Sequence record: ON287375.1
Length of the DNA stretch: 64,000 nt
Direction: 5' to 3' (one strand)
Shown here in pieces: positions 49,726-59,310 of this stretch. The first letter of the stretch is position 1, and each line of letters begins with the position of its first letter. The translations under genes were made by a program, and so were the position numbers. Below the pieces are notes generated by a model, which did no database searches, was not told the DNA's origin, and worked only from the letters and a program-made list of their open reading frames with translations.

Positions 49726-52206
49726 ATGATTACAAAGCTAATTATTAAGAATAACGCTGCATTATCTAAAAAGGGTGTAACATACCTTGAGTTAGATACT
49801 CGCGATATATTCAATATCATTGTGGGGAGAAACGGCTTTGGTAAAACAACCTTAATGGGTGAGTTTACCATGCTTCCTCCAGATAACGCAGATTATCTTG
49901 CAGGTGGTTATAAAGAAGTACATGCGGTTGTTGGTAAGAACACTTACATTGTTAAATCAACTACCGGTAAGTCTTCTGAACACTTCTTTATTCATAATGG
50001 AAAAAACCTTAATGAAGGTAACACATTATTGGTTCAACGTGAATTAGTTAAGATTCACTTTGGTGTGACTCCGTTCATCAAGGAAGTTATCACGGGCCTG
50101 GATGTGCGTAATTTATTTACCACACTTTCTGCTGCTCGTCGTAAAGAATTCCTGATGGGGATCAACCCTAACGATACTTCTTATGCATTAAAAGTATATG
50201 ACAAACTTAAGTCTAACTTGAATGCATTAAAGGGTGGTTTGAAAACCCAGCGTCAGCGTTTAGCTGTTGAAGAAGGTCGTTTGGTTCAGCTAGCTTCCAT
50301 GGAACCTGAGAAGCTGCAAGAAGAAATTAGAATAATGGATGATCAGATCAAAAACGCTTTGATTATTCATGGGACATTACAGAATGTTAATCGTAATGAA
50401 TTGAGCGGAATCAAAGATGATATTGGTAACATCATTTCATTCTTGATGTCCTCCCATACTCAGGTTAAGCATTCTAAACCTTCCTTATTAACTTTAAAGG
50501 TTAATGCTGGGGCAACACTTGACTACTATAAGACACGTGAAATTAAACTGTCTTCATTGTTGGGTGAACTGTCTAGCCAGTTGTCCGGTTTAGATTTAGC
50601 TAATAACAACCTTGATACATATAAAGATCGTCTCTCTATCAACAACAGGGCGATTGAAATCAATCAGGCTGAGCTAGAATCACTGGAACGTAAGTTTGCC
50701 AACCACGAGCTGTTTAAGGACGTTTATAATGATCCTAAGTTCCAAGCATCTGGTACAGAGCTAATTAACTACTTACATAGTGTTAATAAAACTAATGATC
50801 CCAATATAAGTTCTGGGATGTATCAGTCCAAACAGGAACGTGCTAAGGAGCTAGACAACGAACTTCAAGTTATTCGTCGTAAGCTTTCAGACATTCAACA
50901 TCAGTTAGATCATTTCGAGAAAGCTGATTCAGTGGAATGTCCTAAATGCACAACTCGCTTTAAAGTTGGGATGGAGAAAGTAAACCCTCAACAAATTAGG
51001 AATGAGGGGAATATCTTACAGGAGCGTAAAGGTATTCTTGAGAAGGAAATTAAAGTAATCTCTGAATGGTTAGAGGATAACCAAGGCTGGTATGAGTCAA
51101 TGGGATCTCTGACTCGATATGCACGTCGTTTCTATAACCCGCAGTTAATCATCAGCATGATTTCCGAGTATCGTATTGGGAAAGCTGATATTAGCGTTCT
51201 TATCGATCTTATTCGGAGCACGATGGATTATGGCGAGGTCTCGAAGACACTTCTTATCCTCAAAGAAGAGAATGATAATGTCCAGAAGCAGATATCGTTT
51301 TTGGAAAGTAGCGATGTCGAAACACTCTTCAAGAGGGCACAGTTTGTGGAACGTGAACTGGGTTCAGTCCAACGTTCAGTTCGCAGAGTCCTCAATGAGA
51401 TTGCTGACTACGACAGACAGCTCGACATTATCGAACTCGATGTCCAGAAAAGAGACAGACTTGGTTACTTAATCCAGGAACTGGAATCTAAGTTAATCGA
51501 AAATGGTCAGTGGAGAATTAAAGTACGAGTAGAAGAAATCATTCAAGATTTGACTCCTCGTAAAGATCAGTTGATCTCTGGTCTGATTCGTGCTGAATCT
51601 TTAAACTCTGTTATCGCTTCCATCAAAGAAAACATTGCAGATATGGAGCGTCGTGAAAAGCATACTGCTTTATTACTCGATGGACTATCTCCTGTCAAAG
51701 GTCTGATTGGTTACTTGATGAATGACTTCCTTAAGTCAGTTATTGCCAACGTCAATGCAATCATTCAACCTATCTGGACTAACCGTTTACATGTACTCAA
51801 CTGTTCAACCAGTACGTCAGATGAAGATGTGGACTTGAACTATAACTTCCCTGTACTCACTGGTAGTTCTGATAAACCTAATAAGGATATTGGTAACTGT
51901 AGTGGTGGCGAACGTGAGATTATTAACTTTGCGTTCCGTGTTGTTCTACACCGTTACTTAGGTGATCGTAGTTGTTTACCTCTGATGATGGATGAAGTAG
52001 GTGTTGCGTTTGATGAACTTCACCGTGGTCGTTTTAATGCTTACATTGCTGAGCAAATTCGTCTCGATAAGTTTCCTCAGACATTTATGATTTCCCATAG
52101 TCATAAAGAAATATCTGCAGCAGTTCAGACAGCAAACTTTATTGCTTTAAATACCGAAGGGTTAAGAATCGGATTTGAAGTGAATAAGAAATCAATTATC
52201 AAATAA
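49726..52206 (+). CDS. sbcC: SbcC/Rad50-like SMC ATPase
   Basis: Walker A GRNGFGKT, coiled coils, Zn-hook CPKC, signature SGGE, Walker B LMMDE and H-loop ISH. Confidence 0.9.
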   Translation: MITKLIIKNNAALSKKGVTYLELDTRDIFNIIVGRNGFGKTTLMGEFTMLPPDNADYLAGGYKEVHAVVGKNTYIVKSTTGKSSEHFFIHNGKNLNEGNTLLVQRELVKIHFGVTPFIKEVITGLDVRNLFTTLSAARRKEFLMGINPNDTSYALKVYDKLKSNLNALKGGLKTQRQRLAVEEGRLVQLASMEPEKLQEEIRIMDDQIKNALIIHGTLQNVNRNELSGIKDDIGNIISFLMSSHTQVKHSKPSLLTLKVNAGATLDYYKTREIKLSSLLGELSSQLSGLDLANNNLDTYKDRLSINNRAIEINQAELESLERKFANHELFKDVYNDPKFQASGTELINYLHSVNKTNDPNISSGMYQSKQERAKELDNELQVIRRKLSDIQHQLDHFEKADSVECPKCTTRFKVGMEKVNPQQIRNEGNILQERKGILEKEIKVISEWLEDNQGWYESMGSLTRYARRFYNPQLIISMISEYRIGKADISVLIDLIRSTMDYGEVSKTLLILKEENDNVQKQISFLESSDVETLFKRAQFVERELGSVQRSVRRVLNEIADYDRQLDIIELDVQKRDRLGYLIQELESKLIENGQWRIKVRVEEIIQDLTPRKDQLISGLIRAESLNSVIASIKENIADMERREKHTALLLDGLSPVKGLIGYLMNDFLKSVIANVNAIIQPIWTNRLHVLNCSTSTSDEDVDLNYNFPVLTGSSDKPNKDIGNCSGGEREIINFAFRVVLHRYLGDRSCLPLMMDEVGVAFDELHRGRFNAYIAEQIRLDKFPQTFMISHSHKEISAAVQTANFIALNTEGLRIGFEVNKKSIIK

Positions 52207-52243
52207 CCCCAGCAATGGGGTTTTACATTACTAAGGAAAATAA

Positions 52244-52798
52244 GTGAAACGTTTATTCCCAATTTGTAATCAAGCTACCCGTGATCTGTTCATCCATCCT
52301 TCTATCTGCCAGGCGTGGGATATCGTTGATGCTGAAGGTTACACCAGTGGCGAAGAAACCAGTTATCTGAAACCTGGTAAAATTAAAAACCTGGCTAAGT
52401 TGTGTAAACCTGAAAACGTTTACTTTACAGTAACCGAAGAACCTAATCCAGATACCATGATGATCGACGAGATTATGATTGGTATTAAAGATAAAGACGG
52501 TTACTGGAAGAATGTTAATGTTTCTAGTGTCGCAACTAAGCTGGAAAAGTTGAATGCTGCGCAATGGGGACTGGATGGTCATGTTACCGTTGATGTTAGT
52601 GAAGGTATCGGGATTGGGCAGGATGGTGAGAAGATTGATCTTGGGGATGTTAAAGTCCTGAACATTCCAATCAAACTCCGTTATGATCGTGCAACTCGTG
52701 CTCTGGAATTCTCCAGCTCTGCAACTTACGATCGTGAAGGTATGGAAGTCCTGGGTCTGATTCTGGATCTGGAATGGCGTGACGCTAAAGTTATTTAA
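52244..52798 (+). CDS. conserved hypothetical protein
   Basis: GTG start with an AAGGA SD; 184 aa with phage-typical codons. Confidence 0.6.
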   Translation: MKRLFPICNQATRDLFIHPSICQAWDIVDAEGYTSGEETSYLKPGKIKNLAKLCKPENVYFTVTEEPNPDTMMIDEIMIGIKDKDGYWKNVNVSSVATKLEKLNAAQWGLDGHVTVDVSEGIGIGQDGEKIDLGDVKVLNIPIKLRYDRATRALEFSSSATYDREGMEVLGLILDLEWRDAKVI

Positions 52799-52809
52799 TG
52801 GAATACCTC

Positions 52810-52845
52810 CTCAGACTTCCTAGGCGAAAGCCTAAGAGGTCTGGG
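52810..52845 (+). terminator. GAAA-loop hairpin
   Basis: CTCAGAC..TAGGC-GAAA-GCCTA..GTCTGGG with a T-rich tail. Confidence 0.55.
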
Positions 52846-52943
52846 GTTTAGGTAATATCTTTTATTGTTTGTTTCAATACTTTGCTAACACGCAGCGTAT
52901 ACACCGTCTAAAACGGTTGTATAACTTTATTACTGTCACATAT

Positions 52944-52969
52944 TTTCAGGCAGATATTATCATCATGTA
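52944..52969 (+). promoter_or_regulatory. putative phage early promoter
   Basis: TTTCAGG-CAGATATTATC-ATCA-TGTA. Confidence 0.65.
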
Positions 52970-53015
52970 AAAGTATAATCTTTTATTCTATTTAATTAAA
53001 CTTATAGGTAACAAA

Positions 53016-53825
53016 ATGAACAGTAAGACCCAGAGCAGCCTAATGAGCATATTTATCTTGCTCATGTCACTTGTATGGATCTCCACTGTTTCGACTGCAC
53101 ATGCATCTGTCGGAGCTAATCCAAACGAGTACACCACTAAAGTAGTGATGAAACGTTTTGATGGTTTGAAAGAGCATCTTTATGAAGCTTCTAAAGTAAG
53201 TGGATTCGACATGGTTGATTTAGTAGCCATATCAAGTATTGAATCTACTTTACGCCCCAATGTTAAATCGCAGTACTCTTCTGCGAATGGTGTGATGCAA
53301 TACACCCGCTCAACTTGGAAACAGGACCGTAAATTGTACGCCAAACAACTTGGTCTACCTGCTACCGTTCAAGTCACTAATCCAAGAGCTAATCTACTTA
53401 TTGGTGCAACCGCCCTATACAACGTTAAACAATTACTCATAGAAAAATCACATCTAACCGACAAGACAGTCCGTATAGGTGATCTTTATATGAGCCATTT
53501 GGTTGGTACTGGTGGAGCACTTGCTGTTATCAACTCTAATAGCAATAAACCTGTAAATCAAATACTCCGGATTACCAAGGGTAATTGGAGTATGTATTAC
53601 AAACCGAATGGCCAAGTGAGAACTGCCCGCGAATTCCGTTTGTATATGGATTATCTTGTCAAGCGTGAACGTAGCTTCTATGAGAAAGAAGTACGCCGCT
53701 TCCAGATTGCCAAAATTGCTGCACCTATCGTTAGTCCATTCGAAGACAACCTCTGGGGTAAGCAGCTAGCTCAAGCTATTGCCAACACCAGCAAGTATGT
53801 CGGATATAACGATTTAAATAGTTAA
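53016..53825 (+). CDS. lytic transglycosylase (SLT, phiKZ gp144-like catalytic domain) with N-terminal signal peptide
   Basis: ISSIES (catalytic E), SANGVMQYTRSTW and DLYMSHLVGTGGA motifs; signal-like MNSKTQSSLMSIFILLMSLVWISTVSTAHA. Confidence 0.8.
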   Translation: MNSKTQSSLMSIFILLMSLVWISTVSTAHASVGANPNEYTTKVVMKRFDGLKEHLYEASKVSGFDMVDLVAISSIESTLRPNVKSQYSSANGVMQYTRSTWKQDRKLYAKQLGLPATVQVTNPRANLLIGATALYNVKQLLIEKSHLTDKTVRIGDLYMSHLVGTGGALAVINSNSNKPVNQILRITKGNWSMYYKPNGQVRTAREFRLYMDYLVKRERSFYEKEVRRFQIAKIAAPIVSPFEDNLWGKQLAQAIANTSKYVGYNDLNS

Positions 53826-53886
53826 TATCTACGCGCCTGATGATGTTGTGATAGGAACAATATTTTTTCACAATGAGGTCGCTCAA

Positions 53887-54150
53887 ATGAGCAATAAACA
53901 GATTCAATGTATTTTTGATCAGCAACTCGTGCTGACTCCGTCTGCAATGCAATGTCCCAATTCCGTATTAGTGTCAGTCCAATATCAGCAGAACCAGCAT
54001 TCTGGTAAAACAGCTGTTGTATCTTGGAGTGGTTGTACTCGTGCTTTCATTACCTTCGATCCTACTGGTAATCAAGTTCTGAGTTACACGCTGGCGGTAC
54101 AAGACTATGCGACTCAACAATCCATCGAAAACATCATCGGGTTACTTTGA
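53887..54150 (+). CDS. hypothetical protein
   Basis: GAGG SD before ATG 53887 (MSNKQIQC...). Confidence 0.5.
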   Translation: MSNKQIQCIFDQQLVLTPSAMQCPNSVLVSVQYQQNQHSGKTAVVSWSGCTRAFITFDPTGNQVLSYTLAVQDYATQQSIENIIGLL

Positions 54151-54160
54151 TTATAACACC

Positions 54161-54192
54161 TAACTAGGACTGGTTAACTCCGGTCCTAGTTA
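54161..54192 (+). terminator. hairpin with TATG tail
   Basis: TAACTAGGACTGG-TTAACT-CCGGTCCTAGTTA, then ACCTATGTTTGT. Confidence 0.7.
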
Positions 54193-54216
54193 ACCTATGT
54201 TTGTCTGGAGAAAATA

Positions 54217-54939
54217 ATGAGCTTTGAAAGTAGTATCTTATTTGTTGAAGGTCCATTACGAGTCACCTTAAAGGGCTTGAATCCGACCAAAGGCAAGAAG
54301 AAGGAAATCCTGGAAGTAGATTACGTCGGTCATCCAATGATCCAGTGGTCTATCGAAGGTGAAGGGCTGGAGCCTATTAGCAGTCGTCAGACCGTGATCC
54401 GTGCGTTAGGTGTTTGTGCGAATGACATGTTTAATGGCTTCCCAGAATGTCCTAAGGAATACAAACGGATTTGGAATGCAATGATTCAACGTTTGGGTAA
54501 ACGTGTTTATGCACCAACCCTGCAGGCTGAATTGGATCGCTATCGCAAAGAGATGAAACCATCTTACCACTATAATCCATTGTTTAAAGTGAGGGATAAA
54601 GATGCTGCAATTACTTTGTTTAAACCTGACACGAGCGACGATGAATTTAAACTTATCTTTAAAGTTAGCAAACCAAGTCACTACAGCGTCCACGGCACTG
54701 TTTCAATTCGCCATGATGGTGTTATGCGTCACCTCTCTTACTCTCGTGATTTCGGGGTAGAGAATATTGACTTCTTGACTAACCAAATCAAAGAGTGGTT
54801 AGACACTGCAACCGAAACTCAACGTTTAAATGAGCGGCGAGTTACCAATATGTTCAATAATGTTAAATCCAACATTAAGAAGAATAAGTCTGCAATTATT
54901 TACTTGCTGGACAATCTTAATGCCGGTAATAACATATAG
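54217..54939 (+). CDS. hypothetical protein
   Basis: 240 aa with a GGAG SD. Confidence 0.6.
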   Translation: MSFESSILFVEGPLRVTLKGLNPTKGKKKEILEVDYVGHPMIQWSIEGEGLEPISSRQTVIRALGVCANDMFNGFPECPKEYKRIWNAMIQRLGKRVYAPTLQAELDRYRKEMKPSYHYNPLFKVRDKDAAITLFKPDTSDDEFKLIFKVSKPSHYSVHGTVSIRHDGVMRHLSYSRDFGVENIDFLTNQIKEWLDTATETQRLNERRVTNMFNNVKSNIKKNKSAIIYLLDNLNAGNNI

Positions 54940-54946
54940 GTTAAAT

Positions 54947-56920
54947 ATGGATACTGAAAAGTTAAGACGCATTCTTGATTTGGAAGCAAAGATCAAATAT
55001 CACGATTACATGTATTTCAATCAAGATATGCCAGTTATTTCAGATTCCGAATATGACGACTTAGTTCGTGAATATAAAGATCTGTTAGAACAAGTACCTT
55101 CATATAAATCCACTGTCCGTGTTGGGTTTGTTGAAGTCGATAGTAAACTCGGAACTGTTGAAATCTCTGAACCAATGATTTCCATCAGTAAGAAGAAAAC
55201 ACCAAAGGACTTTAACGTATGGATTGCTCGGCATGTTAATGCCAATGAAGTCTACGAAGATAAGCTCGATGGTATTGCAATACGTCTTATCTATACTCGT
55301 GGCGTGCTTACTGCTGCTCATACCCGTGGTCGTGGCGACATTGGGGAAGATGTAACTCACCGTCTAGGTTTGATAACTAATATCCCAACTGAGATCGAAG
55401 GTTATAAAGAGTTCGAGAAACGTACTATAACTGGGGAATGTTTCTGTACCTTTGCTGACTTTGATGAATATCTCAAACGTCATGGTCTTGATCCTAAGGA
55501 AACTGATACCCGTTCTCTGGTCTCTGGTTTACTTCGTCGTCAAACCCCAGGTGATCGTGAAGATCTTCCAATTAAGTTTAAAGCCTATAATGCTGACCTA
55601 GAAACTCGTAAGCAATTTGATACGTATGCTGAGTTAGCAGATCACTTTATTTCTATTGGATTTGAAATACCTAAACAGTTTAATAAAGAAGAAGTTAATG
55701 CAATGCTAGAGTTAGCTTCTAAGCCAATCGGAGAATATCCAATTGACGGTATCGTTGTTAAACTGGGTAATCTTCGTGAATGGGAGAAGGAACGGACAGG
55801 TGAGTATTATACTTATGCCACTTGTTATAAGTTCCCTACTCTCAGTTACGAAACTAAGGTAACGGGAATTGATTGGTCTTTAAGTAATGAAGGGCAATTG
55901 ATCGGAACACTAATGTATGATCCAGTAGAATATGACGGGACTAAGTTGACTCGTTGTAAACTTGATTATGCAGGAAGTTATTTTGAGAAGGGATTACGAA
56001 TTGGGTCTGTGATTCGTATTACTAAAGCTAATGAAATCATTCCTAACTTAGTTGGGTTAGTTGAACCTGGTGATGGTAAACGTCTCAGTTATCCTGAGAA
56101 CTGTCCTTTCTGTAATCATCCGATCGAATATTATCAGCTCTATGGTACTGCGTACTGTAAGAACGAAAACTGTGAAGGTCAGTTAATCAAACAACTTACT
56201 CGACTCGTTTCTAAACAAGGTCTGAATGTTAAAGGTCTTGGTGATGAACGTGTTCAGGCGTTGGTTGATAATGGCTTTTTATCTGAACCGGCAGATCTGT
56301 TCAAATTGACAGAATCTGATTTTATTAACTCTGGTATTGGTAAAGGTGATGCGGAAAATATCCTCAATCAAATCAGTCGGGCTTCTGACCGGGATATTGT
56401 CCATTGGTTATATGGTTTGGCTATCCCTGGACTGGGACTCGTACGTGCTGCGGATATTAGCAATCTGGCTGCGACCAACGGCTTAAATGATCAACTTCAG
56501 TTACATGACGCTTATTCGTTCGTAACTGTACTCAGTGACGCCAAATACATGTCTGATCTATTTGGTCTCGATGGGTTGCCGATGGTCTCTCATGTTAAGA
56601 AAAATGCTGATGAGATTCAACGCTTCTTGAGCTATTACAATTTCAACAGACAGTCGGTTGTTAAAGAAGTAGGGATTCCAATTGCCATCACTGGTACTTG
56701 GGCAGCTCTGCCTCGTAGTATGATGGAAGAAGGATTAGCTGCAGCTGGATATACTGTAACTGATTCTGTAACCAAGAGTTCCAAGTGTTTGCTGATTGGT
56801 GATAAGCCAGGAGCAAGCAAACTGGAGAAAGCAAATCGTTATGGTATACCTAAGTACAGCATCACTCAGGTTCATACCATGACGGGCATCATTGCTCTTA
56901 TTGAAAGTAAACCACAGTAA
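54947..56920 (+). CDS. ligA: NAD+-dependent DNA ligase
   Basis: Domain Ia YHDYMYF..ISDSEYD, adenylation motif KLDG, PIDGIVVK, YKFP, Zn finger CPFC..C..C, HhH motifs and a C-terminal BRCT. Start reassigned to ATG 54947. Confidence 0.9.
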   Translation: MDTEKLRRILDLEAKIKYHDYMYFNQDMPVISDSEYDDLVREYKDLLEQVPSYKSTVRVGFVEVDSKLGTVEISEPMISISKKKTPKDFNVWIARHVNANEVYEDKLDGIAIRLIYTRGVLTAAHTRGRGDIGEDVTHRLGLITNIPTEIEGYKEFEKRTITGECFCTFADFDEYLKRHGLDPKETDTRSLVSGLLRRQTPGDREDLPIKFKAYNADLETRKQFDTYAELADHFISIGFEIPKQFNKEEVNAMLELASKPIGEYPIDGIVVKLGNLREWEKERTGEYYTYATCYKFPTLSYETKVTGIDWSLSNEGQLIGTLMYDPVEYDGTKLTRCKLDYAGSYFEKGLRIGSVIRITKANEIIPNLVGLVEPGDGKRLSYPENCPFCNHPIEYYQLYGTAYCKNENCEGQLIKQLTRLVSKQGLNVKGLGDERVQALVDNGFLSEPADLFKLTESDFINSGIGKGDAENILNQISRASDRDIVHWLYGLAIPGLGLVRAADISNLAATNGLNDQLQLHDAYSFVTVLSDAKYMSDLFGLDGLPMVSHVKKNADEIQRFLSYYNFNRQSVVKEVGIPIAITGTWAALPRSMMEEGLAAAGYTVTDSVTKSSKCLLIGDKPGASKLEKANRYGIPKYSITQVHTMTGIIALIESKPQ

Positions 56921-56924
56921 TAAT

Positions 56925-56948
56925 TAGGAGAGGGGAAACTCTCTCCTA
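56925..56948 (+). terminator. GAAA-loop hairpin
   Basis: TAGGAGAGGG-GAAA-CTCTCTCCTA, then TACTTTTG. Confidence 0.65.
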
Positions 56949-56973
56949 TACTTTTGTCTATTCATCTGGAGAT

Positions 56974-57303
56974 ATGAAAATGGGTTCAACTATCGCTAAA
57001 ACTATTCTGTCCTTTAAACGTCGTTTAGGGGAAGCCACTGTTTCTATTATTGAAGAAATTGTGGAACAACATGAAAATGTGATGTTGATTAATATCAACA
57101 GCCACTCTGTGGAACTGGCATGTGATTTAGGTTTCACCCCAGACGTAAATACCATTGTCCGTCAAATTGCTGACCGACAAAAACTTCGTGTCGATCGTGT
57201 CTGGTTTGATGAAAGAAGTGAAACCACCTACGTTCCAATGACTACCATCATTGACTCAGGCATTCAGGCAAATGCTGCAAACAAAATTAAGGATCTCTTC
57301 TAA
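56974..57303 (+). CDS. hypothetical protein
   Basis: 109 aa with a GGAG SD; TAATG coupling. Confidence 0.55.
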   Translation: MKMGSTIAKTILSFKRRLGEATVSIIEEIVEQHENVMLININSHSVELACDLGFTPDVNTIVRQIADRQKLRVDRVWFDERSETTYVPMTTIIDSGIQANAANKIKDLF

Positions 57304-57881
57304 TGTTAGTTGCTAACGGAAATGACTGGCACTTTGGCATTGATGTAACGATCTCTCAAACTCACCAAACTGTCAAGCGTAATTTAGGCAGTGGTGAATA
57401 CAGTGATGATATTTATGGTTCTAAGATCATTACTCCTGAGGGAACAACCTCTATCATCATTAATAATCCTAAAGAACCAAATATCGAAATGAGTTTGGTT
57501 AATATTCTCAAACTTCATAAACAACAGTGTGATTATTTTGCTATTGCTACTCCTGGAGAGTATACCCCAATCCCTCAGACACTCACTCAGATTTTAGTTT
57601 ATCTCGGTGAGGAACCGCACAGTAATGTTCGTAACTGGTCTCCTATTGTATTTGTTGATGGGTCTTGGGAACGTTGGGAAAATGATTACCGTTTCACTCT
57701 GGAACGTAAGTATAATGGAAGTGGTTGGTTTACTCGTGTAACTGCCACTAAAGAGCGCAGTGGGTTTAAACCTAACGACAGTTCTGAATTCCTGGCAATA
57801 CGTTCTGATAGTAGAACACTGTTTTCATCAGAACCATCACCAGTTCATTTCGATAACGTAAAACGCTTGTTCGACCTGTAA
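57303..57881 (+). CDS. hypothetical protein
   Basis: 192 aa, translationally coupled on both sides. Confidence 0.55.
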   Translation: MLVANGNDWHFGIDVTISQTHQTVKRNLGSGEYSDDIYGSKIITPEGTTSIIINNPKEPNIEMSLVNILKLHKQQCDYFAIATPGEYTPIPQTLTQILVYLGEEPHSNVRNWSPIVFVDGSWERWENDYRFTLERKYNGSGWFTRVTATKERSGFKPNDSSEFLAIRSDSRTLFSSEPSPVHFDNVKRLFDL

Positions 57882-58621
57882 TGGAATCCTTTGGAGGGGA
57901 AATCCGTCCCCTCCTTAATAAGGATAAAAAAGTGAAACAACTACCATTAATAAGAGTATACGATCCTTCCATCACTAGCAATGGAATGTCGAAAGTATGG
58001 AGAGTTAGTGATGAAAGTAATCGCTTTGGGGATATGTACGCAATATCATATCCTAGTATGGATGCTATAAGTAAATGGGTTTATCGGGGTGATGATTATG
58101 AGAATTCATATTTCGGTGGGTTACTGAGCATCGGAGATAAACCATTTATAGAATATACGACGGTAGTCTATAAAAACAAAGTTAGTTCTGATGTACCTGA
58201 GCTGGAAGAACTTCTTCACAACATGAAATTACTAGAACTATTGAGGTCTCAACCATACCAAACTGTAGATAAAGAAAATAGTACCATTTTAGATACGATA
58301 TTAAAATCTTATCAAATAAGGACATTGGATACATCCCAGTTTACCCAGGTTAAATTAGGTGGTAGTGGGATGGATTTAGAAATAATAGCTACCAAGGATA
58401 GTATAAATTATAAAACAATAGCTAACATTTCCCTTTTTAGAAAGATAATCGGATCTGAAATTGTCTCCTTATATATAATGACCCCGGTAGATGATAGATT
58501 AGAAATGACAACAAAAATCGTCACCACTACCAATATTAAAACCGTACTACATTTATATAACCAAGATGAATTATTAGATTGGTATAATAGTACGTATAGT
58601 GATGACTGGAGAGTATCCTAA
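57881..58621 (+). CDS. hypothetical protein (AT-rich, atypical codons)
   Basis: 246 aa, rich in ATA/TTA codons. Confidence 0.55.
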   Translation: MESFGGEIRPLLNKDKKVKQLPLIRVYDPSITSNGMSKVWRVSDESNRFGDMYAISYPSMDAISKWVYRGDDYENSYFGGLLSIGDKPFIEYTTVVYKNKVSSDVPELEELLHNMKLLELLRSQPYQTVDKENSTILDTILKSYQIRTLDTSQFTQVKLGGSGMDLEIIATKDSINYKTIANISLFRKIIGSEIVSLYIMTPVDDRLEMTTKIVTTTNIKTVLHLYNQDELLDWYNSTYSDDWRVS

Positions 58622-58626
58622 TATAC

Positions 58627-58652
58627 AAGAGGGGTCCTTCGGGATTCCTCTT
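58627..58652 (+). terminator. TTCG hairpin with TATG tail
   Basis: AAGAGGGGTCC-TTCG-GGATTCCTCTT, then CTATGTTGTTTATTTTT. Confidence 0.75.
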
Positions 58653-58716
58653 CTATGTTGTTTATTTTTATTAAACCTTTAATACTAAGTACGGAGTTAA
58701 ATAACCTGGAGAAAAG

Positions 58717-59247
58717 ATGGAACACCGTGTATTTTCCGTTTTCACAGACGGTTCTTGTTTGGACAATAACCCTTCTGGTGGGCCAGGTGGTCTAGCTTGG
58801 GTTGCTACTTATGGAGATGTCCGGGCTGAACACAGTCGTGGGTTCTTCAAATCAACTAATAACCGAATGGAGATAATGGCAGTAGTGGATGCTTTATCTA
58901 GCATTCAAGAAAAGTCCGTAGTAAAGATTTATACGGATAGTCAATACACTATTGATGGTGCTACAAAGTGGGTGTGGGGCTGGATTAAAAATGGATGGGT
59001 AAGAAAGACCCAATTTGGTGCAACGGAAGACGTGAAGAATAAAGATCTGTTCCAACGTCTGCATGCACTCACTCGCTTTCATAAAGTTGAATTCATTAAA
59101 GTAAAAGCACACTGTGGTATCCCTGATAATGAACGTTGCGATGTGCTAGCTAAGTTAGCGGCAGCCAATCCCAATGAGATTGATGAAGGGTTTATTCCTA
59201 CAGTGAAGGATCCCAATAAGCCTAAGTTTAATTATTGGAAACGATAA
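58717..59247 (+). CDS. rnhA: ribonuclease HI
   Basis: FTDGSC, TNNRMEIMA, YTDSQY, VKNKDL and VKAH-G--NERCD motifs. Confidence 0.92.
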   Translation: MEHRVFSVFTDGSCLDNNPSGGPGGLAWVATYGDVRAEHSRGFFKSTNNRMEIMAVVDALSSIQEKSVVKIYTDSQYTIDGATKWVWGWIKNGWVRKTQFGATEDVKNKDLFQRLHALTRFHKVEFIKVKAHCGIPDNERCDVLAKLAAANPNEIDEGFIPTVKDPNKPKFNYWKR

Positions 59248-59310
59248 TATGAGAAGGACGTCGGGTAACACCTTCGTCCTTTATTCATTCCTTTTATAAG
59301 TGAGTTAACC

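Noticed and set aside
54830-54946. N-terminal extension of the ligase overlapping the upstream gene
   Set aside because: The real start is probably ATG 54947 after AGGT; the extension has no ligase features.
12163-56920. Inteins or introns in helicase, nvRNAP subunit, SbcC or ligase
   Set aside because: ORFs are continuous and of expected size; no C/S...HN-C/S/T splice motifs or LAGLIDADG/HNH inserts seen.
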